Shown: positions 27,304 through 37,558, counted from the first letter of the stretch. The stretch is 44,910 bases of DNA from Desulfobacterales bacterium (GCA_963668645.2 CAXXWC010000009.1:1-44910), one strand, 5' to 3'. Notes: generated from the letters alone by a model not told the origin. A program made the numbers and translations.

Positions 27304-27522
27304 AGAATTAGACAAAAAATTTGATGATGGGGAAAGTGTCATGGAACATCTGAACCTATCAAAGGCGAAGCGGCCGAACCAGGAGCAAAAGAGGGTTAAT
27401 GTCGATTTCCCTCTATGGATGATTCAGTCGTTTGATAAAGAAGCCAAACGCCTTGGTGTCCCACGGCAATCGATCATTAAAATTGGCTCGCTGAAAGATT
27501 ACACAAATTCGCTACCAGATAG
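27293..27522 (+). pseudogene. BrnA/CopG-type (RHH) antitoxin with frameshift near 27482
   Basis: MKAKELDKKFDDGE...KRVNVDFPLWMIQSFDKEAKRLGVPRQSIIK; the expected WLAERL tail lies in another frame and ends at TAG about 27522. Confidence 0.8.
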
Positions 27523-27766
27523 TACTCGAACCCGTTATCTTGCATTGACCGGTAACCCGAAGCACCTTTTTTCCGTGTGTCCGAAATCATTCAGAGATAA
27601 TCTGATCACTTTGAGGTCTACTGAAAAAGCCGCATCTCATGAAGCAAGAAAACCAACTATAGCCAAAAGTCCACGGCAGTCTCTTGCTGGTACTGCTTGC
27701 CGCACAAAGATAGCCTTTGAAATACCCGATTCCATCGCCTGGGGGAATTTGCCTGGTCAGATCGGA

Positions 27767-27885
27767 TTGACACGGCACCATGCCTCTGATATAGGCCTGT
27801 TCCTATAGTAAACAAAAAAAGGGAGGAGCCATGATAGCTGTGCCCTTAAAACCCCAAGCGCTGTAAATCAGGCGGATGGGGTTTT
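27767..27885 (+). other. Compact unit: promoter, RBS, 11-codon ORF and hairpin
   Basis: TTGACA(27767)-17 nt-TATAGG; GGGAGGAG; ATG 27831 MIAVPLKPQAL* (to 27866); AAAACCCCA...TGGGGTTTT stem at 27848-27885. Confidence 0.4.
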
Positions 27886-28595
27886 GTCGTTTTGGGGATA
27901 GGTGGAATTGGTCGTTGGTCGGGCCCAAATACATTATTGCTTATTGTCAGTAAGCTTTAATTGCATACGGTCGCAGATTGATGCACGAAAGCTTTAATTT
28001 CATTGAGTGAAAAATTACAGCGCTATCCAAGTTAGAACGTTTTCGATAATTGCGGCAAAACTCATTATCCGGGCAATCGTGACACAGATCGAAAATGACT
28101 GCTATCGCGTTATAACCAAAAAACGGCAGACATACATATTCGATTAATAATGGTATCGCAAAGTTAATAAATATTTTGCCGCGATTGCAACCTTATTATG
28201 ATATTGAAAGGAGTGTCAGTATCTGTTGACTAATACCTGATTCATGGTAGTTCGAGAACACATCAGCACATGCCATCCACCACGGCCACCGTCCTGCTTC
28301 TGGAATGCATTTCCAAGAACCAGGGACGTCGAGGATTTTCCTTTGACTGGTGTTTTTTTACGAAGTGCTTTGTATCGCATGCTTCAGCGTGTCAAGCAGT
28401 AACTATCGCTTCTCAGCGTACTCGTGGAGGTTTGCGGCTAAGCTTGTGGCGTAGGCAGCCTCGCGCAAAGGACGCACTGTTCCAGCGCGGGTAAGATCAA
28501 GCGCACGTGGCGCCGTTGCAGCGTCCAATGCACAATGCCACTATTGCCCGAAGCGGATTGCACTGCGGCATCTTGTGAGCACTTACAGAGGGTTT

Positions 28596-31500
28596 ATGAT
28601 GGCATTATCACGACTGGCGCCTGCTCATCGTGGTTACGAGTTTCAAGACCTCCTCGTCGCTGGTCGTTTCGTGGACATCCTTCTGGGAAACGTCGTCGAA
28701 GCTCGCTGTGACGAGAAGCTCGTCCCAGACGACCGGTTTGACGATCTAACCACAACGGATGTTAACGGGAAGCGGGAGCGCGCTCAGTTCAAGCATACCG
28801 AGAACGACGATCGTCCGCTTACACTTGACACGTTCACGACAGATAGACGAGGACTCCGGCTTGACCGGCTTCTATATTCGATGCTGGCTGACAGGAATGG
28901 TCCAGGTAGCCAAGCAGGCGACACTACCTTCCGAGTCGTACTTCGAGACCAACGCCCAACTGACCCCAAGCTAATAGCTGTAATGGCACCGCTGACGTCG
29001 GATCCTGGGCCATACCTACCGGCGATGCGAACCACGAGGCTCGGCTTTGACGCTGCAGCACTTTGGCGACAGAACGGTGGAGATAAAAGTGAACTGCACC
29101 CTTTTGCATTCTTATTTATGGGCGACACAACCCTCTCCTACAGCGACCTTAAGTGGTGCTGCGACCATCTTGTTCTCGAACTCAGTGCCCCACGAGCGAG
29201 CCTTGATCTCACCGAGCCGGACGCCGCGGAGCAGCTACTATTGACGCGCCTCCGCGCCGATGTAGGTGCCGAGGCATTTCCAAACTCTGACCGCCGGGCG
29301 GTGGACGTCGCTGCAGCGATGGTCTCGGCGGCCCGCGCTGCACGTCAGGGGCTAATTATCCCTTCTCCGGACGAACTGCTTCGCAGATCGCAGCTTCGGA
29401 GCGACTTTGGAGCGGTGTCGCGCTCACACCCAGTTGATCGGACCCTCGAGGTCCGACGGCAGTCGGCGGTTAGACGACTCGTGGACGCAGCGAGCGATCT
29501 CGCTGCTGATGGTGGTCACCTGCTCGTCGAAGGCCCCCCTGGACACGGGAAATCTTGGATTTGCCAACAGTCTCTCGAGACCTTGTCCGATGCGGGTTGG
29601 CTTATCGCGGAGCACTACTGCTACCTCGGAGATGCTGATGGCGAACGCCTTGAACGTGTTCTGATAGAAGCCATCTTCGGTAGTCTTATTGGGCGACTTA
29701 CCGAGGTGGATCCTAGACTTGTTCACGATCAACGCCCTAGATTTGCTGCAGACGAGGAGTCGCTTGTCGCATGCCTCCGCCAGTCTCGTAATCTGGAACC
29801 CGATCGCCGAGTCGCGCTTATCATCGATGGCGTCGATCACATTACGCGTGTTCGGTCCCGGAATGGAGGTTCGTCTGACCCATCGAAGAGCATGTCAGAG
29901 GCGATTGCATCGCTTGATCTCCCGCCTGGTACAGTCGTCATCGTCCTAAGTCAACCTGGCGTTCATCTCGATCCGCTCCTTGAGGCCGGTGCCGCAGTCA
30001 TAAGGCTCGAAGGCCTCAGCGAGAACGAACTTAGGATCCTGGCAAGTCGTTTTGAACTGGCTCCACGCGATGATGGGGGGGCTGATAATGGTGCCTCACC
30101 GGAGATCGACGACCCTGAGGCGGTAGCTGAATTCCTCGTTGCGCTGGCCCAGCGCTCAGCGGGTAACGCTCTCTATGCGACCTATCTGTGCCATGAAACG
30201 CTCCGGTCCATTGACACTCATCCCAATCCCGCGGAGATTGTTCGTCAGCTGCCCCCCTTCGACGGGTCATTGAAAAACTACTACGACCACCTTTACCAGT
30301 CTCTCGATGCAGAGGCGGGATGGGTAGCCGACGTTATCGCCCTCGTCGACTTTCCGGTTAGCAGAGCCGAACTCCGCGAAATCAGGCCGGATGCCGCGCA
30401 TCGCGTTGAAGACGCGCTCAAGCGTCTCAAGCCAGTGTTGCTTGAACGTGCCACGCAAGGTGGAATACGCGTATACCACGAGTCCTTTGCGCGATACCTG
30501 CGAACACCGTTCCAACAGAATTTTACGGCCCTCGCCGCATTGTTGGGAAAAATCACCGTCTGGCTTGAGCAGAAGGGCCTGTTCGTTGACTCCCGTGCCT
30601 TCCTATCCCTTCTCCCACTGCTCGCTGAAGCCGGCGAAAATGCTCGAGTTGTCGACCTCGTCGATGGCAAGTTCGTGACAAAGGCGGTCGCGGGGGGCTT
30701 CCCAGCGTCTGCCATCAACCGCAATCTTTCGACCGCAGTTGGTGCAGCGGCGCGGCTACGACAGTGGCCGCTCATCATTCGGTATGTTGAGTTGTCCCGT
30801 GCGGCGGAGTCATATCAGATGGAACGGTTTGACTCCAAGCTGGTGACATTCGCCGATGTCCCGGCAGCGCTTCTCGGTGCTGATACCATGGCCGCGCGTC
30901 TCCTCGACGAGGACCGCTTGGTTATGCCCGCGCGGGAGGGGTTGCAGATGTGCGCCGCCCTCGACGAACTTGGCGCTACAGCTCCTTGGCAGCCTTACAT
31001 GGACGGGTACCTGCGTGAGTCGAAAAGTGACAAAACTTCGTACGGCGAAGCGTCCGATCGCGCGGTAGCGCTCGCATGGTTGCGCGGACGGCTGCGCCTG
31101 GCAGCAATGACTGCGCCCGTCGAGTCTGACGCCCCTGCCGTAGCCACCATGAAGGTCGAGTCCACCGACGACTCCAGTGATCGCGATCCACGATTGATAC
31201 CCGGTGCACCAATTGATTGGAATAGTCTCGCGCAATGGGTCGAGAAATGTGACTTTCACGCAGGCGACGTAGTTCGGATCGTACTCGACACGTATGGATG
31301 GGAAGGCGCAATGCGCCTCGTCGACGGGCTCAGGCATCCCGCAAGTGTATGCCTATCCATAGCCGACGAACTTGCAGCTCAACCTGACTTGGACCCGAAA
31401 AAGAGTTCGCCGCTACAGTGGGCCGCGGCGGCAGTCGCTCACGGCACACCGCGTGGTGCCGTTCGGCGCGTATTTGGACACGGCGTCAAGCCGGACGATC

Positions 31501-34500
31501 TCGTAACGACAAACGTTGCCACTGGCCGGGAGCAGCTACTCGACCTCACGCACAGGGTTCAGGAGCGGTCTGTTCGATGGGAGGAAGGGCACATCGGCGC
31601 CTGGCTCGATGCATGCGCCCTGGCCGCGCACAGAGACCCGATTGGACTTGCTGCGGCTGAGAGCCTTATCGTCGGCGACGGTTGGTATCGGTGTTGGCTC
31701 CGCTTTGTAGTTGCGCTCTCTCGAACGGAAACAACGACGTCGGCCGATCAAGGACGTCTCGCGCTCGAAGCTCTACACCTGCTGACCGATGACCTGAGGC
31801 CGTTTGCGGGGGATCCCCGATCATGCGATCTGTACTCACTACACCCGATAATCGCAGAGACGCTCAACCATGCCATGGACATGCTCGACGACGACCAGTG
31901 GCGCGAAGGCCTTCATGTCTTGAAAAGGGTCAGCGACTCCATCACGACTACGATAAGCGGGGAACTTGGAGGACCGGTTCCACCGGATCTGGTACTTCGC
32001 CTGGCAGTCGAGGGTGCAACCCCTACTCGGCGTGACGCTGCGGAACAGCTCATCGCGAACGAGATCGCTAAAGGGTCTGGTCGGCGCTTCTACTCCGATC
32101 TCGCGGAGTACCGACTCCTTGCTGCGCGGCTCGCACTGGATGCAAACGATCACCAGGGGGCAGCTGCGCTCTGGCAGGAAGCCTGCGTATTCCTCACTGC
32201 TTATGGGTGGCACAAGGACATCACGATCTACGAGGTGCTCGATCCCCTCCCGGTGTTAATCGAGGCGGATCCAGCGATAGCACGTATGCGCATCTCTCGT
32301 GTACAGGCGCTATGCGAGCGCATTCCGCTCCATACTGATGGGAGGGAGACCCGCCACGCGTGGTCACGCTGGTGGAGTCTACTTGCCAAGGCGGACCCCG
32401 TAGCCACGGTACACCTGGCCGTTCCCGAGTTGCTTCGTGAATGTAATGACCCGAACTGGCTTTTGAACGAAGCATTGGAAGATGTCTGGCGCGAGTGGCA
32501 TGAGCAAGTTGATCCTGTGGTTGCCGGATCCCTCCGCCTGACGCTGGACACACCGCTCGATCCGGCGGATGTGAGACAAATGGAGCGCCTTGCGAGCGCT
32601 GGGGGCCCAGCGGAGAGGCGTCTTCTCACCTGGTTGCTCGCACGCACGGACGAACGACGGGTCTCCTACAGCTACTCGAACAGCGACGAACTGATTGGGA
32701 GAGACGATCGGCAAGTCGCGAAGCTCAACGCGGTCGCGGAAGCGGCCGGCCTTCCTTGCGTTTTAGCCGTCCGTGACGATACAGCACCCAAAGAAAGCAG
32801 TGGCCCATGGCGTCATCATAAAACGGAATTAGCATCACCAACGAAAAAGTCAGATGGGGGAGGTGCCAACGTCATTTTTCCGACCGGCTTGCCGGGCCTC
32901 GCGAGGGCCGTTCGAGCATGGCGAAACCGGCCGTACAACACCTCTTCCGCTGAGTGGGAACCCGAGCGGTTCGCCAATGTCATCGGATACCGACTGATCG
33001 ATCTGCTCGCCGAAGGCCGATTCGACGACGCACGATCAGCGCTGCGGTCCCTGACGGATGGATCTGGACTGGATTTAGGAACCGGCGTCTTGGGGTCGAT
33101 TGCCGAGGGTCTCGAACGCCATGGTAAAACTCAGCTTGCAGCACTCGCCTATGCCTTCACCTGGACGCGCACGCGAGGGCATGGTGGTTGGTTGACGTTT
33201 GGCGGAAAGACAGAGATCGACTCTCTCCGCCGCGCCACGATCCTCGACCCCGAGGCGACCAACGCGGTAGTTGCCGAAGAGATTGAGTGGATTGTGGCGA
33301 CCTCGCGCTATGGGACCTACGGAATCTCTCAAGCGGTAATACACGCTCTCGCGGTCGGAGCTCTGTCGACCACCGGCAGATCGAGTACGGGTGACGCTTT
33401 CGGTGCCTGGGACGAGGCCTTCGACGTCATCGCTTCGAGAGCGCCCAGGGTCGACGATTCTGACGACCCAGACGTTCCATATGATCCTCCGAGTCCGGAT
33501 GCTGGTGAGCGATCTACCGGTGATCTCGAAGGTGCGTTGGCCTTGGCGGCCATCGCTGGACTTGCGCACCCAAGCCGTGAGAAGAAGCGACGCGCGTTCC
33601 TCGCGACACAACTGCTTCTCAAGGAAAGACCCGTTGTCTGCGCACGCGTGTTCTCTGTTGCGCTTGGTGCGATCTCAGATCCCGCGACGCTCACGTGGCT
33701 GCTCAGGATTCTCGAGTCATCAGGGCCTACGTCTGCTTTCGTTCTTGAGGCTTGTCAAGATGAGCTACGAAATTTGGCAACCCGGAACCACCTTACGGTA
33801 CGAGCCATCGCCCGGCGGATGATTACAGGTAAGCCTCCCCCTCTCGCGCTCCCTGCGGTACCCGACAATGCTCTGATAGGAAAGCCGGGTGAAGGCATAT
33901 GGATGCCCGAACAACCGGAAGAGGATAACGATGAAGACCCTCCCGGTCTCGACGACCTCCTGGAATCGGCTGCCGGGAGAAGGATTCGCTTTGGCGAGCA
34001 GAGGTTAGTGCACTTGCGCAATGCCGTCCGCAAAAAGGCTGCAGCCGCGCTTAGCAGCGACGTCTTGAAGAAGAGGCTGGAACGACAGCTTGACAGTTTC
34101 GGAAGCCTCGCCAACAAACGGTGGCCAGACGCCTTCCTTGCAGGGGAACAGGCCATCGAAGAAACTCTTCAGTCCGTCGCCGGCGGCGGCCGGGCAGCTT
34201 TGTTGATGACAGGGCAGATAGCGGCAAATCCCATTCAGTGGGAGGATGACTTGGCCTCTGCTCTACTTGATGATCCGACGGTCCCACTCACCTTGGAGGC
34301 TTGCCGCCAGCCACGTCCTCCAGTGCCGCCACCGCCGAGCACCGGGAATACGGTGTGGAGGCAGGTACGTGAACGAGTTTGGGGCGGCTCCAGCCAGAAT
34401 ATGGAAAATGCCTCTGAAAAAGAGGACCTCCTGCTGGCAACGCTGACGTTGGCGCCCGTCAATGAGCTGCCAGTCGTGAATAGCGGCCCATATCATGGCT

Positions 34501-35081
34501 GGTACTGGCTAGGAACATATGAGAAACGCGTGACAAAACCTCGCGACTGGCACCGCGAAAACAACCTCATCGCAAAGCGGTACCGGATACTGGAGGTACG
34601 AGATGTAAACGATCGGCAGGCGTTGCGCCTGCCGCCCGTAGCGAAGGGAGACATCCGCATGTGGATAGCAGAAATTGATCCTGCCATACATCGGCCAGAG
34701 CTCGGCTCAAGCCAGCCTCTCCTTGGTATCGATAACGAGTTGAGAATAGTGGGTGATGGCCGTCGGGGCCTCGGTGCGCCCGGCTCACTACTTGTCCCAA
34801 CCCCTTCGCTCATTGCCCTCCTCCGGCTGCATATAGGAGAGCCATGGATTTATGAGGATACATCTGGAGTCGCCCTATCCCTTGTGACCTGGCGAGCAGA
34901 ATATGACGTTAGCGACTATTACCTGGCTTGGCCTCGGATGTGTGGATGTGGCATCGTCATCCGCCCTGATCTGCTCGCGACGCTCCGGGCAATTGCTGGG
35001 CAGGAACGGCTCATACTGCGTGACTTCGTCCTTGGAGACATCGAACTCGCAAGTGCGGACGCAGAGGCACCTCCTTCCTGA
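28596..35081 (+). CDS. Giant STAND/NACHT-like NTPase with N-terminal PD-(D/E)xK-type nuclease; candidate Avs/NLR-like anti-phage protein
   Basis: N-terminal RGYEFQD...DRFDDL...QFKH; Walker A GPPGHGKS; Walker B LIIDGVDH; GNALY; long Ala/Leu/Trp-rich helical C-terminal region; codon usage visibly unlike flanking genes. Start probably ATG 28596 or 28599. Confidence 0.8.
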   Translation: MMALSRLAPAHRGYEFQDLLVAGRFVDILLGNVVEARCDEKLVPDDRFDDLTTTDVNGKRERAQFKHTENDDRPLTLDTFTTDRRGLRLDRLLYSMLADRNGPGSQAGDTTFRVVLRDQRPTDPKLIAVMAPLTSDPGPYLPAMRTTRLGFDAAALWRQNGGDKSELHPFAFLFMGDTTLSYSDLKWCCDHLVLELSAPRASLDLTEPDAAEQLLLTRLRADVGAEAFPNSDRRAVDVAAAMVSAARAARQGLIIPSPDELLRRSQLRSDFGAVSRSHPVDRTLEVRRQSAVRRLVDAASDLAADGGHLLVEGPPGHGKSWICQQSLETLSDAGWLIAEHYCYLGDADGERLERVLIEAIFGSLIGRLTEVDPRLVHDQRPRFAADEESLVACLRQSRNLEPDRRVALIIDGVDHITRVRSRNGGSSDPSKSMSEAIASLDLPPGTVVIVLSQPGVHLDPLLEAGAAVIRLEGLSENELRILASRFELAPRDDGGADNGASPEIDDPEAVAEFLVALAQRSAGNALYATYLCHETLRSIDTHPNPAEIVRQLPPFDGSLKNYYDHLYQSLDAEAGWVADVIALVDFPVSRAELREIRPDAAHRVEDALKRLKPVLLERATQGGIRVYHESFARYLRTPFQQNFTALAALLGKITVWLEQKGLFVDSRAFLSLLPLLAEAGENARVVDLVDGKFVTKAVAGGFPASAINRNLSTAVGAAARLRQWPLIIRYVELSRAAESYQMERFDSKLVTFADVPAALLGADTMAARLLDEDRLVMPAREGLQMCAALDELGATAPWQPYMDGYLRESKSDKTSYGEASDRAVALAWLRGRLRLAAMTAPVESDAPAVATMKVESTDDSSDRDPRLIPGAPIDWNSLAQWVEKCDFHAGDVVRIVLDTYGWEGAMRLVDGLRHPASVCLSIADELAAQPDLDPKKSSPLQWAAAAVAHGTPRGAVRRVFGHGVKPDDLVTTNVATGREQLLDLTHRVQERSVRWEEGHIGAWLDACALAAHRDPIGLAAAESLIVGDGWYRCWLRFVVALSRTETTTSADQGRLALEALHLLTDDLRPFAGDPRSCDLYSLHPIIAETLNHAMDMLDDDQWREGLHVLKRVSDSITTTISGELGGPVPPDLVLRLAVEGATPTRRDAAEQLIANEIAKGSGRRFYSDLAEYRLLAARLALDANDHQGAAALWQEACVFLTAYGWHKDITIYEVLDPLPVLIEADPAIARMRISRVQALCERIPLHTDGRETRHAWSRWWSLLAKADPVATVHLAVPELLRECNDPNWLLNEALEDVWREWHEQVDPVVAGSLRLTLDTPLDPADVRQMERLASAGGPAERRLLTWLLARTDERRVSYSYSNSDELIGRDDRQVAKLNAVAEAAGLPCVLAVRDDTAPKESSGPWRHHKTELASPTKKSDGGGANVIFPTGLPGLARAVRAWRNRPYNTSSAEWEPERFANVIGYRLIDLLAEGRFDDARSALRSLTDGSGLDLGTGVLGSIAEGLERHGKTQLAALAYAFTWTRTRGHGGWLTFGGKTEIDSLRRATILDPEATNAVVAEEIEWIVATSRYGTYGISQAVIHALAVGALSTTGRSSTGDAFGAWDEAFDVIASRAPRVDDSDDPDVPYDPPSPDAGERSTGDLEGALALAAIAGLAHPSREKKRRAFLATQLLLKERPVVCARVFSVALGAISDPATLTWLLRILESSGPTSAFVLEACQDELRNLATRNHLTVRAIARRMITGKPPPLALPAVPDNALIGKPGEGIWMPEQPEEDNDEDPPGLDDLLESAAGRRIRFGEQRLVHLRNAVRKKAAAALSSDVLKKRLERQLDSFGSLANKRWPDAFLAGEQAIEETLQSVAGGGRAALLMTGQIAANPIQWEDDLASALLDDPTVPLTLEACRQPRPPVPPPPSTGNTVWRQVRERVWGGSSQNMENASEKEDLLLATLTLAPVNELPVVNSGPYHGWYWLGTYEKRVTKPRDWHRENNLIAKRYRILEVRDVNDRQALRLPPVAKGDIRMWIAEIDPAIHRPELGSSQPLLGIDNELRIVGDGRRGLGAPGSLLVPTPSLIALLRLHIGEPWIYEDTSGVALSLVTWRAEYDVSDYYLAWPRMCGCGIVIRPDLLATLRAIAGQERLILRDFVLGDIELASADAEAPPS

Positions 35082-35425
35082 GTGGATATTCCGTCCGATG
35101 CTACTTTAACGCCTCCACGGCCGCCACTGGTTGTGTTACAGGCGTGCGCCAATGCATTAAGGAAAATTGAGGGTAGCAAACGATACTAACTTGACTCTTA
35201 CGAATTCTGCTGATTGGCGAGTGACCATGCCAAGAGCCGCGCGCCCAGATACGCCGGGAATTTTGCAGCACGTGATGATCCGGGGATCGAACGGCGCAAG
35301 ATCTTTCGTATAGAATCAACCATACTGGATGTATTCATGAAAAATGACCAAACGTGCGATTAATTATCCCAAGTGAACATGCGAGCACTTGCAGAAACGT
35401 CACCTTAGCAGAAGAAAGCATCCGT

Positions 35426-35452
35426 GATGATGATGATGATGATGATGATGAT
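35426..35452. repeat. (GAT)9 trinucleotide microsatellite
   Basis: Nine perfect GAT units counted directly. Confidence 0.95.
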
Positions 35453-35479
35453 GGCGTTTGGACGAAATTTTTTGTGAAT

Positions 35480-35924
35480 AGAAAAATTGTTACACTCAGT
35501 GTTTTGAAATCGATCTTTGCGAAAAATACCCGTTGGTATACGACTGTGCCGTGAAAAGGAAGGCCAAGTTTTTTCTGCCTGAACTACACAGAAAAGAATT
35601 TTCTCATCGCCAAGCGGCGCCAGTATGAACGCAGTGTAAAATTTAGGCAAAAGTTCCGCTGGTGTACCGGGGTGGGAGCTACCATGAGCCAGTATGATCG
35701 GCTCACGGAAGTCAGGCGTTTGAAGGTCAGAAACCGGAAAGCACTACACTATGCCGCAATACTGAAGGCTACGGCGCTCAACATCATACGGGCAATGGCG
35801 GCCAGCAAGGCCCGGATGCGAGCCGGCGGGACCAATACAGACCTAAACCAGGGTGTTGGTCTTGTTTTTTGGCTTTTCAAAGAACGAATCAGCGGTATTT
35901 CCCGTTCAATCGTCGGTCGAGCCG
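35480..35924 (+). pseudogene. Degenerate C-terminal fragment of a DDE transposase (IS5/IS1182-like); limits approximate
   Basis: LNYTEKNFLIAKRRQYE...KFRWCTGVGATMSQYDRLTEVRRLKVR...LKATALNIIRA resembles the R.GVEAT.S...RL.VRG...N..R transposase tail; no N-terminal part. Confidence 0.7.
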
Positions 35925-35992
35925 GGCGGTGGTCCCCAAAAACTGGACAATGGTGTAAGCTCTAAGTCAGACCGAAAAAGGAGGATCTGACC

Positions 35993-36274
35993 ATGAGTAC
36001 CAAACGTCGACAGTACAAACCCGAATTCAAGGCCAAGGTCGCCTTGGCTGCCTTACGCAATGAGCAAACACTGGCTGAGCTGGCCAAACGCTTCGATATC
36101 CACCCGACCATGATCAGCACCTGGAAAAGGGAGCTGCTCGACGGGGCCGCCGACATCTTCGAGAAAGGGCGCAGAGGCAAGCAGGTCACTGATGTCCAGG
36201 TCGGCGAACTGTACCGCCAGATCGGCCAGCTTAAGGTGGAAAACGATTTTTTATCACGCAAGCTCGGCTCCTGA
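35993..36274 (+). CDS. IS3 transposase OrfA (HTH)
   Basis: RRQYKPEFKAKVALAAL...ELAKRFDIHPTMISTWK...LYRQIGQLKVENDFL. Confidence 0.93.
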   Translation: MSTKRRQYKPEFKAKVALAALRNEQTLAELAKRFDIHPTMISTWKRELLDGAADIFEKGRRGKQVTDVQVGELYRQIGQLKVENDFLSRKLGS

Positions 36275-36294
36275 AGCGCGACCTGCGCCGTGAT

Positions 36295-37131
36295 ATGATC
36301 GATCCATCTCACGAGAAGCTGAGCATCGTACGCCAATGTGACATGCTGAACATTTGCCGTTCCTCATTTTACTACAAATGCAAGCCGATCAAGCCCGAGG
36401 ACTTGGCGCTGATGCGCCTGATTGACGAACAGTTCCTCAAGACACCGACCTGGGGCAGCCGCAAGATGGCCGATTGGCTCTGGCGGCATCATGGCATGAA
36501 AAAGAATCGCAAGCGGATCCAGCGCCTGATGCGACTGATGGGCCTTAAGGCGATCTACCCGCGGCCACGAACCACACAGCCTCATCCCGGGCATAAAGTC
36601 TATCCGTACCTGCTGCGAGGTGTGGCCATCGAGCGGCCCAACCAAGTGTGGTCGGCCGATATCACCTACATCCCGATGCGCCGGGGCTATATGTATCTTG
36701 TGGCCATCATTGACTGGTACAGCCGAAAGACGCTGTCCTGGCGCGTGTCGAATACGATGGAGGCCGACTTTTGCGTCGAGGCCCTGGAAGAGGCCCTGGC
36801 GCGCTATGACAAACCGCAGATTTTCAACACCGACCAAGGCTCCCAGTTTACCAGCACGATCTTTACTGAACGGCTCAGGGACCACCAGGTGGCCATCTCC
36901 ATGGACGGCCGGGGCCGCTGCCAGGATAACATCTTTATTGAACGACTGTGGTGGACACTGAAATACGACTACATCTACCTACACGCTTTTGACAACGGAA
37001 ACGAACTTCGCCGGGGGCTCGATAAGTGGTTCTCGTTTTACAACCAGGAGCGCCCTCATCAAAAACTTGACGGCAGAACACCGGATGATGTTTATTACGG
37101 TTTGCCTGCCACCATGGCTGGGGCTGCCTGA
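36295..37131 (+). CDS. IS3 transposase OrfB (rve/DDE), -1 frame relative to OrfA
   Basis: PNQVWSADITYI, IIDWYSR, FNTDQGSQFTS, DNIFIERLW, YNQERPH; T-run near 36247-36252 is a candidate slippery site. Confidence 0.95.
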   Translation: MIDPSHEKLSIVRQCDMLNICRSSFYYKCKPIKPEDLALMRLIDEQFLKTPTWGSRKMADWLWRHHGMKKNRKRIQRLMRLMGLKAIYPRPRTTQPHPGHKVYPYLLRGVAIERPNQVWSADITYIPMRRGYMYLVAIIDWYSRKTLSWRVSNTMEADFCVEALEEALARYDKPQIFNTDQGSQFTSTIFTERLRDHQVAISMDGRGRCQDNIFIERLWWTLKYDYIYLHAFDNGNELRRGLDKWFSFYNQERPHQKLDGRTPDDVYYGLPATMAGAA

Positions 37132-37202
37132 TGTCCGGATACCAGAACCGGCTTGGAGCTTATTCTACCAACCAGGCTGTCCAAATAATTGGGTCCACCG
37201 CC

Positions 37203-37558
37203 CCGCAAGGAAACTCGTGTTACGGAATCTCATTCGCCGACACATTCGCGGTCTTTGAAGACTCAAATGCCGTGACTATCGATGAATTCCGGCATGGTGA
37301 GCAACGCCATATCACCATTGATACGTTCGTAAAAAGTCCGAAAAACATCATTTTCCCGATTTCGGACTCAATTATTTCAATGTGTTACAGCGATGAAAAT
37401 TTCAAAATCCGACTTTTTACGAACGAGTCACCATTGGCATGGACGCATTCGGTCGCATATTGGTCGTCGTATACACATGACGAGAGGATACTATTAGGAT
37501 TATTTCCGCACGCAAAGCCATACGCTACGAGGTAAGGCAATATGAAGGCAAAATATGA
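37203..37558 (+). pseudogene. BrnT-family toxin inactivated by loss of the 5' end, MITE insertion and an internal stop
   Basis: GISFADTFAVFED...GEQRHITI [MITE] GMDAFGRILVVVYT*REDTIRIISARKA...QYEGKI*; TGA at 37478-37480. Confidence 0.85.
37320..37429. mobile_element. 110-bp MITE
   Basis: Terminal IRs GATACGTTCGTAAAAAGTC / GACTTTTTACGAACGAGTC (17/19) and 6-bp direct repeat ACCATT (37314-37319, 37430-37435); removing it restores the BrnT frame. Confidence 0.9.

Larger units (their letters stand above)
35925..37202 (+). mobile_element. IS3-family insertion sequence, 1278 bp
   Basis: 25-bp imperfect IRs GGCGGTGGTCCCCAAAAACTGGACA and TGTCCAAATAATTGGGTCCACCGCC (19/25); flanking direct repeat CCG (35922-35924, 37203-37205); orfA/orfB inside. 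Confidence 0.92.

Noticed and set aside
27523..27808. C-terminal extension making a 171-aa antitoxin
   Set aside because: Read-through produced by the frameshift near 27482; the tail has no protein-like features and covers a promoter-like sequence.
27890..28570. Small genes or a regulator upstream of the STAND gene (e.g. 28270-28494)
   Set aside because: No RBS-supported ORF with recognisable motifs; treated as AT-rich intergenic DNA.
37478..37480. In-frame TGA as selenocysteine
   Set aside because: Position is not a catalytic Cys site, no SECIS-like hairpin is evident, and the gene is already broken by a MITE.
37131..37535. 134-aa ORF
   Set aside because: Chimera of the IS3 right end, brnT fragment and MITE.
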